NCBI GenBank assembly: GCA_964016885.1
Contig: OZ024743.1
Coordinates: 10,912,001-10,976,000, forward strand
DNA: 64,000 bases
Direction of reading: 5' to 3'
From: Eledone cirrhosa
Taxonomy: Eukaryota
This document shows positions 29,017 through 47,588 of this stretch, one piece after another. Positions within the stretch are counted from its first letter, which is position 1. Each line of letters opens with the position of its first letter. The notes under the pieces are model-generated. The model was not told where the DNA came from. It saw only the letters and a program-made list of their open reading frames with translations, and searched no databases. Both the position numbers and the translations under genes were made by a program.

Positions 29017-30634
29017 TATATATGTGTGTGTGTATGTGTTTATATATTTGAGTATAATACATTCCAATATCAAAAAAAGTGGAAAAGATACTACTTTGGT
29101 TACAAATATTTTTATCCACTACCTTCAATGAATTTCCTCAAAATAGTCATCAGTATACAGTAAGATATACATGAAAGATATATATGAACTTTATCAAATT
29201 AGAGATATCAATTTCACATTAATTACATCAATCAGAAGCCTAATTTGTCAAAAAGGAATGACGAATCAAGACGGCAAAACCAGTTTGGCATCTGAAGCTG
29301 GATCTCAAACTGGTATTCACAAACAGTGGAAATAATGAGGTATTTCACATGATAAAGGACTCTCTGTCTCCTTCCCTCTCTTTCTTTCACTCCACCTCAC
29401 TTTCTCTCTCCCATCTCCACCCCTCTCTGTTTTTGTTTTGTTTTATTTAAAATGTCATTTTTTTTTGGTTTCAAATAATCTATGAGAGAAAATGGATTCA
29501 TTTCCTTTCATTAATGTTCTAGTTTTTCTTTTATTCTCTTTTATTCCTTTTAACTGAAATATAAAAGAGAGTTAACAGAATGACTACGATGTCTCACTAC
29601 TGCTGCATCATTGATGGTATGTGAAAATTTATGGATTGTACTTTATTGTTTCTGAGCGAGACACTTAAAACTACGCACCTCGGTTCCCAGAATAGTAGAA
29701 AAGGAGGTGACCGGATATCAGAATGAATGTCAATAGGGCACATCTTTTATTAACGAGGAATCTTTACTTTAGCTGCAAGATGTTTGGGATAAATATGTTT
29801 GCAGTAGAATAGAGTGAATATGTTTCGTGAATCTAGTCTGCAAACTGATTTAGATCCTTTACTGTAAACACTTCATTTATATCCGATGGTGGATATATTT
29901 GATTATTGAAATGCAACGGACTGTTTCGTGATGCACACATATGTGTACACAAGACACACACATACATGATAATGGCGGCAACTCGATTTCAGGTAATGCC
30001 ATAGCTTGATACTTGATACGAACGTGACGTTTTAGTTCTGCTAGGGACTTGCCTATGGCCAGCAATACCATGTATCGCAAACAATTTCACATATCAAGCG
30101 ATGCCTGTGCTTGAAGCTTTTTTAAGTGAGGGAAGGTTTGGCATGGGGTCAATCCCACTCTCTGAACACATACATACATAATACATACAAACAAAAAACA
30201 AAGCCTTTACAATAATTAATTAAAGATTATACGCGTAACGTTTTGTATGAGTTGAGTTATCAACACGGTTACAATTTCTGTCTGTAGTTGCGTTACTCTA
30301 TTTATATTGTAATATCACAACTCCCATTGCAGCTTCTCATAAAAGTAGCTTTCATATAACATTGAAGAAGACCATGAGAAATTACAACGGTCAAGTTGAT
30401 AGCAATCAATCAATGGATATATCAACAATTTTTAGCCTGGTTTATTAAAAATATATTAGATTAACTAGAAATTTCAATATCGTATAGAAATATTAAACAT
30501 GTTCCACACCCTTTTGTTTTAAAAATTCATCAATGCCTGCGATCGTACAATACAATTGGTAAACTTTATACTACCATCGATTACAGATCCTCCGTCTATT
30601 TCGACGTTCAGTCAATTGATCACCTAACTAAGTT

Positions 30635-30908
30635 GTCAACGTGTATGTGATCGAGTATTCCATGTATACCATTAACGTAATTCTCAAACAGAATCAGTGA
30701 GATACAATATGTAACAAGGCTGGTCTTTAGAATTACAGATATAGTCCATCTAACAGACTTACTTCCAAACAGTTTCCGTTAACCCAGTTTCCCTCACAAA
30801 AGCCGGGGGTCAACTCAAAGAAGCTTGCTCAAAATGAAATATGTTAGAATCGAACCCGAGAACTCATGATTGCGAAGCGAACTTTGTAACAACTTAGCCA
30901 TGCCTGTG
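30635..30908 (-). mobile_element. Old tRNA-derived SINE (diverged)
   Basis: Head GGCATGGCTAAGTTG...GGGTTCGATTC on the minus strand. Confidence 0.5.
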
Positions 30909-31043
30909 TACACACCACCATATATTGATAACTCCCAGATGATGATTAAATTTCCGTTTGAAAAGGGAGCTGCACAATTTTCTTCACATGTGCTGAAATT
31001 ATTTAGTTTACAATCGTATTAACATTATTATTTCCACTTAAAT

Positions 31044-31231
31044 GTGGATTGGCAGTATCGGTAGAGGGTCGGACGGCATGCTTTGACGCATAGAGTTACG
31101 GACCTTGCCATTCTGAGTTCAAATCCCACCGAGGTTAACTTTGCCTTTCATCCTTATGAAGTCGATAAACTAAAGTACCAGTAATGCACTGGAATAATTG
31201 CTGGCCTTGTGCCAAATGTAGAAACAATTAT
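31044..31231 (+). mobile_element. tRNA/Nin-type SINE
   Basis: Same family as 597-778. Confidence 0.85.
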
Positions 31232-32150
31232 TTCACAGCAAGATTAAATGTATATTACATATTGTAGTATGCTATAAATATTAAATGTAATTGTTTCCAT
31301 AGTGACCTGCATGAAGATATTGACGGTTACTCTATTGATATTGTTTTATTTTCGAGCAAATATGGTTGCTTGACATTCTAGAAATAACAGCCAAACTTTC
31401 TCCGAACCACACACTACAGTCATAAAAATATATATATTGGATAATAAGATCATAGATAGAGTGATTCTGAAAAATATAAAGACGGTTGATCATGATTAGA
31501 ATGTCTATTGATCATAAGTCAGCTTAATTAAAGCTAATCTGAAGATAAACGACAACAACGTATGTATATGTATAAGTATCTGTAGAAAAACAGTATAGGA
31601 TTTCAGTGAGGCTGCGAGAAATGGGTACTATATCAACACATAATTTACATAGAATATTTTTCAGCACGCTGACGCGTATGTATATGTGAGTATATTTGTG
31701 GGTATGAATATATAAACGCACAAACACGGGTACACGTGCAAAAATACACACTCACAGGCATACATTCACACACAGCGTAGCAAATCGAAAGCCAACTGTT
31801 GTTTTTGCTATAGTTTTTTCACTATCCCCTTCTTTCCTTTTACACACATTCAAACACACACACACACATTGTGTGACGGACGGAAGTAGCACAAATTTAT
31901 ATATTTATATGTCAACATGTAAATGTATTTCTTCAAAGATTGAAAACAAACGTCCCTCAAAGTTATGTAGCCATACTTCAAATTACATAAAACCAAGATT
32001 AAATATCCTCGACCCAACAATGATCTTGCTGTACATCGTAGAAGGCAGCAAGAAGAAAAATATTAACATACCGAAGCCGAACTACAGACACAAAATACAA
32101 AACAACCAAAGTAATCAATGTAAACATAATACGAATAAGCTTAACAAATA

Positions 32151-32236
32151 ATTGTTTCTACTTTAGGCACAAGGCCAGCAATTACCCAGTGCATTACTGG
32201 TACTTTATTTTATCGACCCCCGTAAGGATGAAAGGC
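32151..32236 (-). mobile_element. 5'-truncated Nin-type SINE
   Basis: 3' half of the same family. Confidence 0.75.
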
Positions 32237-34082
32237 GGTCTAAAAACTATAATATGGGATTTAAAAAAAACTGCATCATCATACACTAGATTTATATTAT
32301 AATATTACAATCCGAACTCGCGAACTAACGAAAGTACCTCTACTTGGTCAGCCGACCAGCAAGACATAGCAGTAAAATATCTCTTCTTTCACACTCTACT
32401 GGTTTATAATTGCATAGTGTAGCTTTCAATGCACAAACTTGATAAAAGAGTAGATTGATCATGTCTAGAACTCTAGATCAAAGCTGAGATGGAATTAAAC
32501 AACAACAAAATAAATCCAAACTTAGAACAACTAGAATCCATATATGCAAGACGGAAAAATCAAAGTGCATAAAACATATACAGGTAATACACGAAGTGAC
32601 ACAGCATGACAACTAAATTTATTTATGTCCTAAACAACCTACACTAATACACCCACATGCCCCAGCAAGCTAACTGCAACAATCCTGTTCAAGGAATCAG
32701 TTTTGACCCCACGTACATTCCTAGACAACATAACCACTTAATAAATAACCTCCAAACTCTTCTTCGATCACCCACCTTTCACCATCACAAAACATACACA
32801 TAGCAATGAATAACAAAAAGAAAAAATAATTACACAAACGTTCACTGTGGGGAAGAAGTATAGTTTGCAGTGTTGAACCCTGCAACCTCGGGAAACGTTA
32901 TGCGGTGAATCACTTCGCTAGAAATAGCACCTAATTCTTCTACTTTAATGTATTGTGATGGGGGGGGGGGGGGGGGGGCGAACGACGATGTTATCTTATC
33001 TTCATTACGACTACTAAAAGTTAAATAAACCTTTAGAAACATGTGTAGTAGAGAAATGGCAAAGTGCCCGTACTGTCACATTGCACTACCTGTCACATTG
33101 CGCTACATAGGATAAGCCAACGATTGTTGGAGTGTACTGTTCTCTATTTAGGTAAATAGAGACGTAGTATACTTGGAACATATTTGTGGATTGAACCAAG
33201 TCGTTGGATCGACAACTTACGCGCCTAAGGTCTGCTCTCTCACGGTTTACACGACAATATTCACTTTCCTTTTACATGGTACTTTTATTTTACGTCCCAA
33301 ACAATTTAATAAATAATTTAGAAGTGGAATCGAAACTAACTTCACTTATGGCAGAAGTTGGTAACTGACGCCAACTAGTTAGATGTGACGCCGAAGTTAT
33401 TCAAAAATACTTTTAATTGCGACCAATATTGTTTAGTTTATATACAAACAAAATAACAAAATAATTCTAAAAACATTCATAGAGAATTTCAGTTAGAATT
33501 TTACGTTTTTAATGGTATTTTTACACTCAAAACAGAGATGTATGTGTATGGGAAGGTTAGGGGTTTTGTAAGGGAGTGGCTGTGTAAAATAGACCGAAAT
33601 ATTTAAAAAGAAAGTCGCAATATGCAATACGATAGGGCCGCCGTAAAAACCCCAGAGTGTCTTGCATTACTTAGTCACACACTTCTACTTTCTGAGTTCA
33701 AATCCAGCTAGTTCCGACTATACATTTCAGAGTTGATAAAATAAATACCAGTGGTCAAATCAATCGACAATCATGTACCTCCCCAACAAAATCTGGATGG
33801 AATTTTGCCGATGCAAGCAATAATTAATTAATAAGCAATACCAAAATAATTGCCAGAGGAAGCAGATAGAAAAACGACGATGGTGGTGGCGTTGGTGATT
33901 GTGGTAATGCTGGGACTGGAAGCGAGGTTGATTGCGATGATGATATTAATGAGACGAGAACGGTGACAAGGCTGATGATTATGATAGCAACAATGAAGGC
34001 GACGGCAATGATGATTATGACAACAATCATAGTAAGTTTTGATGTATTGGCAGAAGTGGTTACGACGTCGAGAGCGTATATA

Positions 34083-34157
<75 letters not shown>

Positions 34158-35931
34158 ACGATGTTTTGGTGGTAGTTTCATTGATACGAGTGTGAAGAAG
34201 AGAAAGAAAAGAATAACAGAAGAGATGTGAAACGAGAAAAACTAGCAAAAGTAAAAAGTAAAAGAAAAAAAAATGAAAGCAACAAGAAACAAACAGAAAA
34301 CAGAAAAAAAGAATTGATGATCCTTGTGGATAGCAATGAGGGTGAAGGGTGGTTGGAAGAGGAAAAAATACTGAAGGAAGCTGGAACAATAAAGTGAATA
34401 AAAATTGAGACAATTTGGAAGCTAAAAGCAGCATAATTACATATTACACGGGAATAGATTAATGTATAGTCGCCATACAGCATGTTCTGTCTCGTCTGCT
34501 CGTCTTGCAAAAAAGAACGGTGCAAAAATATAAGCGAATAGAATGCCTAGCTTCAACTCTACGCCACGCATGTTATTTCTGTAAGCGTCATCTCTAATTT
34601 AACTACGATGTTTTCGGTTCGTCTGCCCAGCACCACAGTAGTCTACAGAATCAGCCATATTTCAATAACTCACTTGTATTTTAATACCTACTTTGAGCGA
34701 AACACAAAACAAAGGAGGAAAAATAAAAATAAAAAGTGCTGGTACTCCTTGAAATAGTGTGATTGTAAAAATACGGATAGGACATAAATAAATTTTGATC
34801 ATTTCTTATAAGCAAGTACTTAATCACAGACTAATTAACCTAGAATGTTCTGTGAGTATTTAAAATGTTATACAAGTGTAACGAAATTTAATTCATTAAC
34901 TTTGATGGCCTCTCTATAACACAAACATGTACGAAAATATCGTTTTAAACTTGGTAGCTTTTCTGGCTGTTTGGAAAGTTGACTATTCATAAATGATTTC
35001 GCCTAAAATGTAATAGTTGCTGGTTTTTAGTTCTTATTATTCCTATCTGTGTATACATGTATTTTTGATTATGTATGTACAAGTATACATGTATGAACGT
35101 GTGTGTGCGTGCATCGGAATAGAGTGACCCCTCAATTTAACAAACATATAGTAAAGAAAGTATAGTAGAGAAATGCTGAAAATCCGTTAAATCAAAGGCA
35201 CCCAATAAATCATTTTGTATTGCTTTTAACGAGGAAAAAACTTTAATACATTATACATGAATGCACAATATATAAGTATTAAATGAAAATAAAGTAAGCA
35301 TAATTTTTAGTTTCCTTTTTGACAGTGTTGTTGAAGTATTTTGCTTTAACCACTGTCTAAAAGTAGAGGGCAAGGGGAATCTATTACATTCAGGCTCTTC
35401 TGAAATGTTCCCAAATGGAGCTACTGGTGTCATCTGCTTGTTTGTTGACTGTTATGCTATACAGGCTGTTGAGGGAGAAAGGAGTCAAAGAAGTTAGATT
35501 AAAGAAATCATTCATCTTCAATTATTTCTTAATTATGATTACCTTCAATTGTCAAAATATTCATATTAAAGTACAATCGTAGGGTCCAAAGATGACCCCA
35601 TGAATTATTTATGCGTATTTCGAACTGTCTTCTTCCTGAATTTCTCATTTTTTGTCCTTGTTGATTCAATCACAATTTCTTCATAATTTTCAAACAATTC
35701 CTGAATATCATCTACAGGTATTCCCAGTTGCCAATATTTAGGAAGATGTGTTGAAATTTACTTACCCTAAATTCTTAAAAATCCAAATAAATTCAATATT
35801 ATGCAAACTTCCTTCTAGCAATGTGCCTAAATCTCAATCTTGACCCAAGCAGCAACAAAGTTCAGAAATTGCCGACTTAATGGTCCACGATATAAAATTT
35901 GATTAGTGTAAGCCTCATCATTTTCGCCGAG

Positions 35932-36147
<216 letters not shown>

Positions 36148-36202
36148 TATACATATATATATATATATATACATATATATACATATATATATATATATAT
36201 AC

Positions 36203-36946
<744 letters not shown>

Positions 36947-36965
36947 TATATATATATATATATAC

Positions 36966-37338
<373 letters not shown>

Positions 37339-37346
37339 CATACATA

Positions 37347-37404
<58 letters not shown>

Positions 37405-37437
37405 CATATATATACATATATATATATATATACATAA

Positions 37438-37695
<258 letters not shown>

Positions 37696-37700
37696 TATAT

Positions 37701-37887
37701 AACGAAGGAAATGTGGTAAGGAACCAGGTGGACCATAACGCACCAAAGTGCTCAATACTTGAGGTAGTAGAGTGGGTAATAGGAACCAGTAAGACCCCGA
37801 CAGCTGAGCTCAAGCCGTTTCGACGGCTAATTCTGGAATTAGCCGTCGAAACGGCTTGAGCTCAGCTGTCGGGGTCTTACTGGTTCC

Positions 37888-37889
<2 letters not shown>
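37701..37889. mobile_element. Mini palindromic PLE end (54-bp arms 37780-37833 / 37836-37889 plus 79-bp one-sided tail)
   Basis: Homologous to the terminus of the element at 47496; perfect inverted repeat. Confidence 0.85.
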
Positions 37890-37943
<54 letters not shown>

Positions 37944-38092
37944 CATATATATACATATATATACATATATATACATATATATACATATATATATATATAT
38001 ACATATATATACATATACATATATATATACATATATATACATATACATATATATATATATACATATATATACATATACATATATATACATAC

Positions 38093-38140
<48 letters not shown>

Positions 38141-38160
38141 ACATATACATATATATATAT

Positions 38161-38214
<54 letters not shown>

Positions 38215-38224
38215 ACATATACAT

Positions 38225-38258
<34 letters not shown>

Positions 38259-38286
38259 ACATATACATATATATATATATATATAC

Positions 38287-38321
<35 letters not shown>

Positions 38322-38441
38322 CATACATATATATATATATATATACATATATACATATATATGTATACATATATACATATATATGTATACATATATGTAT
38401 ATATATATATACATATATGTATATATATATATACATATATG

Positions 38442-38472
<31 letters not shown>

Positions 38473-38804
38473 TTATGTACATATATGTATGTGTGTGTGT
38501 GTTTATGTACATATATGTATGTATATACATATGTTTTTAAGTATAGATATGTGTGCGTGTATGTGTGTGTAGAAAGAGACAAATAAATTATTATAAAAGT
38601 ATTATTTGTTTCCATGATTTAAATAAACAACACACCATGACAATGCATTGCAGCCAAATCGCGGACGTTTATTGAACAAAATAATTTCATTATGAAACAA
38701 ATTCGTCACATTTATTTCGAAAATATTAAGAATTATGTATTTCTTGCTGACCCGATAAAAATGTCACATATTAGCTAGAAGCAACCACCAAGTATTATAG
38801 ATCA

Positions 38805-38870
<66 letters not shown>

Positions 38871-38906
38871 ATTACCATCCCCTATTTATTATCTATTGGT
38901 TTCAAT

Positions 38907-39126
38907 GGCGGCGGATTGGCAGTATCGGTAGAGGGTCGGACGCCATGTTTGCCACCATGGAGTTACGTCCATTTATGGTCTGAGTTCAAATCCCGCCGAG
39001 GTTAACTTTGCCTTTCAACCTTACAGGGTCGATAAAATAAAGTACCAGTCACGCACTGGCGTCGATTTAATCGACTTTCCCCTCCCCCCAAATTGCTGGC
39101 CTTGTGCCTATATAAGAAACCATTAT
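38907..39126 (+). mobile_element. tRNA/Nin-type SINE (followed by a diverged copy at ~39146-39340)
   Basis: Same family as 597-778. Confidence 0.85.
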
Positions 39127-40763
39127 CTATTGGTTTAATTTATTGGTGGATTGGTAGAATCATTATTTCGTTTGGAAAAAAATGGTTTGCACCGTTTGTT
39201 CTGAGTCCTTGTATTTTGAGTTCGAATGCCACCGAGGTCAAATTTTCCTCTCATTTTTCTTGTTCGACAAAAAAAATTACCAGTCAAACACTGGGGTTGA
39301 TATAATCGATTTGTTCCTTCCCTAAAATTGTTGGCCGTGTCATATATTCGTTTATTAGTTTCTGTCATTGAATTGAAGTTATGCCTTCAGGAGTTTTGGT
39401 CAATTATATAGACCTTGGTTATTTATTTGGTTCTCAGTCTTATCTATCTCGTAAGGGTAGAAAGTTAAATACGACCTACGTTTATCCTGGACAAAATTAA
39501 ATGTTGTTTGTGCTAGAGAGTTTGCCAAATCTGTTCAATTCCCAGTTGAGCAACTTTTCTTTACGTAATCCCGACCCCTACTCTCTCTGTTTCTAGTAAA
39601 CATCACAGAAAAAAATGACACTGTCAAACTGATTTGAAGTGTTGTTCTTTATCTATAATTGAGCTGAAGTTGACAATCCCATCACTTGTATATCAAGAAT
39701 TACATTATACAATGTATCGTTCCTTATTTGGCTGTTGCTTCCAATAGATGGAGCTGACTCATAGAAGCTTTCCCTGTTGGCACGTTACTTAAAATGTTGA
39801 TAGTAAAGATCAAGTTCATTATTATTTAGCATACTATATACTGCTCCATTTGTCCCGTTTGACCTGATAAGTTATTGGACTTTTTCGGCTTGAATGCATT
39901 CGATCTTTAGTTTCCTCAATTAGGACAGGGGCGAAGACTAAACAACAGCAACAACAAACCTTTGGTATCTTTCATCTCATCACCAAGACGTCGTAATAAA
40001 CACTTTGAACAATTTATCTCCACCCACAACTGCTTCCTCTGAAATTCCTTTTATATCCATAATTTCTCCATCAATCACCAACACTCAAGAACCGAAACTA
40101 AACTTCGACCGTCTAGACTGTACGCACTTATTCTTAATCCTCAGTTTAAGGAGATATGGAAGGTCATGTTCATTCACCCCATAAGAACTAATTTACAAAA
40201 GAAGAAAGTTCTAAACCCTGTGAACTAAATCAAGTGTAAGCTCTAGTAGTTACTTAGCCCTATGTTAACCCTGATCATGAAAACCAACATGTAGCACGAA
40301 GGTAATCGACCTGAGCGATCCACAGACCCTCAGCTAAGTATATATAATGAAACCTTTACACAATCGCTTTATATACAAGACACACCCCATTTAAATGTTA
40401 GACTACTAACTTAAAAACTGTTGAATATCTTATGGCTTACGCCAGGTTCGAGAAATGTAGAGTGAAGGAATATACTTTGTTTCTAAAGGGGAAATGTAAT
40501 ACATTAGACTGATACAATAGAAGGGGTTTTTTTCTAACAGAATCGTGTAATGTGACTGGATAATGCCGAATCGAAGTATATTCGAAGAAGTATGGTGCTA
40601 AGGTTGCTAGATGGAGTTCATTATCGAAGCTGGGTGCCACCTTTGTCTTTAATTTGAATTCCGTTGTACTCTGATATTTTTAAAGGTAAGAATCGTATTG
40701 ATTGAATATCATATTAAATTTTCAAATATGTTAATAAGAACCGATCTACCAGCAATCCTTATA

Positions 40764-40849
<86 letters not shown>

Positions 40850-42515
40850 ATGTAAGTATGTAAGGACTCGTAACTCCTGATGACTTAGGTGAAATTTGAA
40901 CTCAGAGCGTAGAGATCCGGAACGAATACCACAAAGAATTCTCTCTTGCGTTCTAAAGACTCTGCCAATTTGCAGCATATACATACTATACTCACACACA
41001 AAGAAAAAACTTACATAAGAACCCACCTACTTATACACACACACACACACACACACAGACACACATACAAAATCGATGCCAAACTTTCACGTTCAATGGG
41101 TGAGAATTTAAGGATTCTATATAATCTACAAAATTCTGCATGGTTAGCAAAAAAATTCCATTGTGTCGTCCTTGATTTCCTGTAATTAAATCAAGATGTT
41201 TATTTGAAGTCTAAATTGAAGAGGAGAATTAGAAACTAATTTGAAATAGTCTTTAATTTCCCAATTTTTCTTCCATGAACAAAAAATATAAAAATAAGAA
41301 TAACACTAAAGAAAAAATGAAGTCTTTGACAATTATTCGGAAATAGCCTGGATTTAATTTATTTATATTTATTTATTTATTTTGTGAAGATTATTATCTA
41401 AGAATGAAATAACTGACTTCCATGTATGCTGGACTAAATACCGATAAACGCCATATTGAAATGTAATATTCACATATATATATATATATATATATAGTAA
41501 TAATATATATATAGTAATAATATATATATGTTTTTTTTTGCATGGTTATGTTGCCTTTTATTCGTTGTTGCTTACTTTTTACTTTTATGTATTTATTGTA
41601 TTTATTTATTTTATTTTTATTATTTGTTTCACCTGAAAGGTACATACTTGTTGGTGTCCAGGTCGAATGTCACCATAGAAAATCAAGTAGTCGTTATATG
41701 TCGCCTCTCTGGCGTACGTGATCACTCAAAGGACAACTACAACCGTGTAGTTAATTTCCAGTTCACTAGTTGTTGAATACTTGAGTCGCATTTGATTTGA
41801 TCCACGTTGCTCGTTCAAAATTGAGATGAAGTTAAACAACAACAAAATAAATCCAAACTTAGAACAACTAGAATCCATATATGCAAGACAGAATAACCGT
41901 AGTGGATAAAACATATACAGGCAATACATGAAGTGAGACGTAATTGGTAAATAAAAATCCATTTGTAAATGAAAGCCATATATAGAAGCGCAGCAATAAT
42001 AACGAGCAAAATGTTTAATGACTAAGCGCTATTAAAAATGTAACATACATTCTTTTTCAAAATTAATTGTGACTTACGTGAAATCAAATCTCAGTTTAGA
42101 AAAATATCGAAAATAGAAAGGACTAGAATGTTGGAATTGAAATAGAATTAGTCGAGACTGGGTTTTGTATACAAATTAACAAATTAACACAGAATTACGA
42201 AGCATACAAAGATAACATTATATCACACAATCCACATCTTCAATAAAATGGAGGAAGAACAAGAATTTTAGAAACCTATCCTTGATCTTTAAACCGAAAT
42301 TCTGATAACGCCACTAAAGTATTTATATTCTTCATCAAATTGTTAGGGAAATTGTGAGCACACTACTCCATGTACATACAACAATGTAACTCTAGGATAC
42401 GATTGTTTAAACGACTGACTGACAATTTTATTAATTTTTTATATAGAAATGTGTCTCCATTTGTGTGTGTGTATATACATATATATATACATATATATAC
42501 ATACATATATATATA

Positions 42516-43495
<980 letters not shown>

Positions 43496-44161
43496 TAATT
43501 TATAATCCTTAACATTTAAACTAATCATTAATATTAAATTATTAAATTAAATCTTTAATATTAAGGTAAATTTTAATCTTTAATTTGGATTTCTAATTTT
43601 TAATTTTAATTTAATTTTAATCTAAATTTTCAACTTATCATTATAAGTAATATAATCAAAACGTAATGAATCCTGCATTATAAATATTCTTCTTCCACGT
43701 TATTCTCATTTCTTCTCTCATTTAGATATACTTACGCTGTCTATATTTATCTCTTCATGCACTCTATTTTCACTATCATTCTTTCTTTCCTCTTCTATCT
43801 TTCTCCTTTCTTTTTTCTTTTTTCTTTTTTTCTTTTTCTATTTTTTTCTCTCTCCCTTACATATCATCTTCTTCCAACAGTTTAATTTAAATAAACCGTT
43901 ATCTTTTCAACCTTTCGGACACTCATTTGCATACTCACTCATAATTTGATATCATCCTCAATAAATGTACTATCTCCACTATCCAGGAAGCTCCAGCCGT
44001 TAAGGTTGTCTTTTTTTCCGGGTATGTCAATATTTATTTATAAAACAAGTCTGTATTTTACCTGATGAAAGCGCACCATAATTTGCCTTGGTTGCCCTTG
44101 AAATATGTATAATAAAATAAATATGGTTTTATAAATATAATTTCCATTTATGAATATATTG

Positions 44162-44224
<63 letters not shown>

Positions 44225-44237
<13 letters not shown>

Positions 44238-44591
44238 TATATTCGTGAACAGATATTTTTGCATACACAATAACAAAATATAAAGAAAAGTATTTATTTC
44301 GCGATAAAGTATTGATTTTCTTCGCACGGAAAAAAAACCCTGATAATGTACGACGAATTTTTTTTATAAGCACAAAATGTAAACACCGTCCCGAGGCCGA
44401 GGTATTCCGTACTTCTCTGTACTGTTATATATATATATATAATTATATATTCGTGTACAGATATTTTTGCATACACAATAACAAGATATAAACAAACGTA
44501 TTTATTTCATGAGGCTCGATAAGGATAAATACATATCAAATATATAAGAACGCTAGAGCAAATCCCGAGCAACGCCGGGTCATTCTGCTAG
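44225..44591 (+). mobile_element. Non-autonomous Helitron with duplicated 5' segment
   Basis: 3' CCCGAGCAACGCCGGG-TCATTCTG-CTAG|T; ~44225-44300 is repeated at ~44432-44508. Confidence 0.65.
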
Positions 44592-44975
44592 TATATACTA
44601 AATCTAAGGACGATTTATTTTAATAAAAGACAGGAACTGATTATAGCTTGTAATCACCGTATACGAAAAACATTTAAGGACTATAGACCTAATTAAACAT
44701 TCTAAATAGCAACTCACTATAGTTCTATGTGACGTACCATTTGTTAGTATCCCGTTACCCTAATTATAAGCCTTCCTGTTTATTTTTTTATTTTTTGACC
44801 TTTTAATTTTTTAGCTTCCATAGATTCATGCGTTACTGACTAAGGGAATCAAGGTACATAACCACCTGTAATTGCATGGCTGTATATATATGTGTGTGTA
44901 TATGTGTGTATATGTGTACATGTATGTGAGTGTACATGTATGTGAGTGTACATGTATAATATATGTATGTATAAG

Positions 44976-45094
<119 letters not shown>

Positions 45095-45424
45095 GTGCGT
45101 GTTTGTATGTGCGTGTTTGTATGTGCGTGTTTGTATGTATATGTATATGTTTATATCTATGTATGCGTATGTATGTTTTTAATGGAGTATCAATGTAATT
45201 ATACCTCTATCTATATATTGAATATATGTACTTTTGTGATCTCAGAAAATAATGCGTTTTGACTATATGTCAACATGCATTTATCTGAGTTTGATTACTT
45301 ATACATAGACCCACTTGAAAATATTTACTATTTTATATTTTATGATGCATCATACGCTATATTATACTATATACAATGTACCATACTGTACTATATTATA
45401 TTACATTATATTATATTATTATAA

Positions 45425-45667
45425 GGGCGGTGGATTGGCAGTATTGGTAGAGGGTCGGACGCCATGCTTTGACGCATAGAGTTACGGCCCTTGCCATTCT
45501 GAGTTCAAATCCCGCCGAGGTTAACTTTGCCTTTCATCCTTACGGTGTCGATAAAATAAAGTACCAGTTACGCACTAGGTTCAATTTAATCGCCCCCCCC
45601 CCCCCCCCCCTTAAAAAAAAAATAAAAAATAAATTGCTGGCCTTGTGCCTAAATAAGAAACCATTAT
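45425..45667 (+). mobile_element. tRNA/Nin-type SINE
   Basis: Same family as 597-778. Confidence 0.85.
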
Positions 45668-45889
45668 TTATTCAAAGTAATCCAACTAAACGGGGTAAAA
45701 AAAATATATTCTGGACGCAATCCCGCACTCCTTTCTTTATTATAGTTAAGATAATCGAAGAGGACTAAATCAACTAAGGCATTGATGACGAACGTATGGC
45801 GTACATTTTAGCAGTGAAACGCCGCAAACATTTTTTGACCCACGATGGAGTTTGAGAAAATCATTAAACGTAAGGTATATTTTTAAAAA

Positions 45890-46170
45890 CTTCTTCGTCG
45901 TCTTCTATGCCCACTTATTTCTGAGACGGTCATAGGGTCAGAGTCATCAAACAAGCCTTCCAGTGAGTCTTGTCAGAAGCAACTGTCCCTAATTGAACCG
46001 GCTGGATCCCCAAATGAGACCAGCCGAGTTTATGGATGGTACCTCACAATCCTACTCGGGATGTAGCCCTGGTTCTCCTGCAGGCTGGTTTTCCCCGTAA
46101 AATCTGTCCAGCGATTCTTTCCTGAAACATTCTAACCTCATGCCCGTAATATAGGAGCTGTGACCTCTAT
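45890..46170 (-). pseudogene. Degenerate RTE-like LINE 3' fragment
   Basis: Minus-strand translation VASDKTHWK matches the A.DR..W[RK] motif; GAA-type tail. Confidence 0.4.
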
Positions 46171-46346
46171 GTATGTATAAGTTTAATTGACTCTCCAACA
46201 AAAGAGTTGTTAAATAAATTAATGTTCGACGCGCCGAAATTGTGATCTAGGCGTTTGATACTGATTTACAGGATATCGTAGTCATAAATATTTAAACATA
46301 TAGACAGATAAGGTGGCACATAGACATATATGTATATATATATATG

Positions 46347-46416
<70 letters not shown>

Positions 46417-46434
46417 TGTCTATGTGCCACCTTA

Positions 46435-46507
<73 letters not shown>

Positions 46508-46512
46508 ATATA

Positions 46513-46558
<46 letters not shown>

Positions 46559-47464
46559 TAAACACACAGACACACACATATATATATATACGTACATGCA
46601 TGCATACATACGTACATCCATGCATACATACCTACATCCAATCATACATATATCGAAACATACATACGTCGGTATATACATACATACATACATACATACA
46701 TTTTTAGTCATTTTCCTTTGGTCATTATTTTTGTATATATGTGTCTGCTTGTTTTGTGTGCTGTGTTTATGTCTACTATAAGAGACTTGGATGAGAGAGA
46801 CCATCAATTTATATAGACCTTTCAAAAACTCTTACAATGCTCGTGTTTGTAACACCAAGAACACAAAATAAAAATTAAAAAAAGTGTTGAAATGCCATTT
46901 TCAATTGTATTACCAATGTTTGCAGCACGGTGCCTCAACACAAATCTATTTGTTCCTTATTAACATTTTCAATTACAATGAAACATGCCAGAGTTATATT
47001 AATTGGCGCCGGGACACTCGAGTAGACTGTGCTTATAGGACCTTCGTACTAAACGATTCGACTGTTAAAGGTCAATGAGTGGATGTCAAATTACGAATGT
47101 TTGTGTATTTATGCATAACTAAATACTCTTATCTCTGTGTCTTAGCTGCCAATGTGTGTACATTATATTCTGCTGATCATGATATCTTTTAAGTTTTTAG
47201 TTGTTTTTGTTTTTTGCTTTCGTTTCATACGACTCTGTATGCGATCAGTTCATAAAATGTGAATAAACACTCAAGTTGACATCAAGTCATTGTGTCAAAC
47301 GTTCTTTTTTTCTTTTGTTTGAGTGGATTAATTCAACAGTCAGCCCTTAAACAGTCTACTGCGAGATTTTAGATTATTTACTCATCCAATCCAGTGTTGC
47401 AATGTTTCTAAAATCACCGGTCAATTTACAAAAATATAATATATATTATATATATATATATATA

Positions 47465-47497
<33 letters not shown>

Positions 47498-47588
47498 CGA
47501 AGGAGTTGTGGTAAGGAACCAGATGGACCATAACGCACCAGAGTACTCAATACTTAGGGTAGTAGAATGGGTAATAGGAGAAAGTATG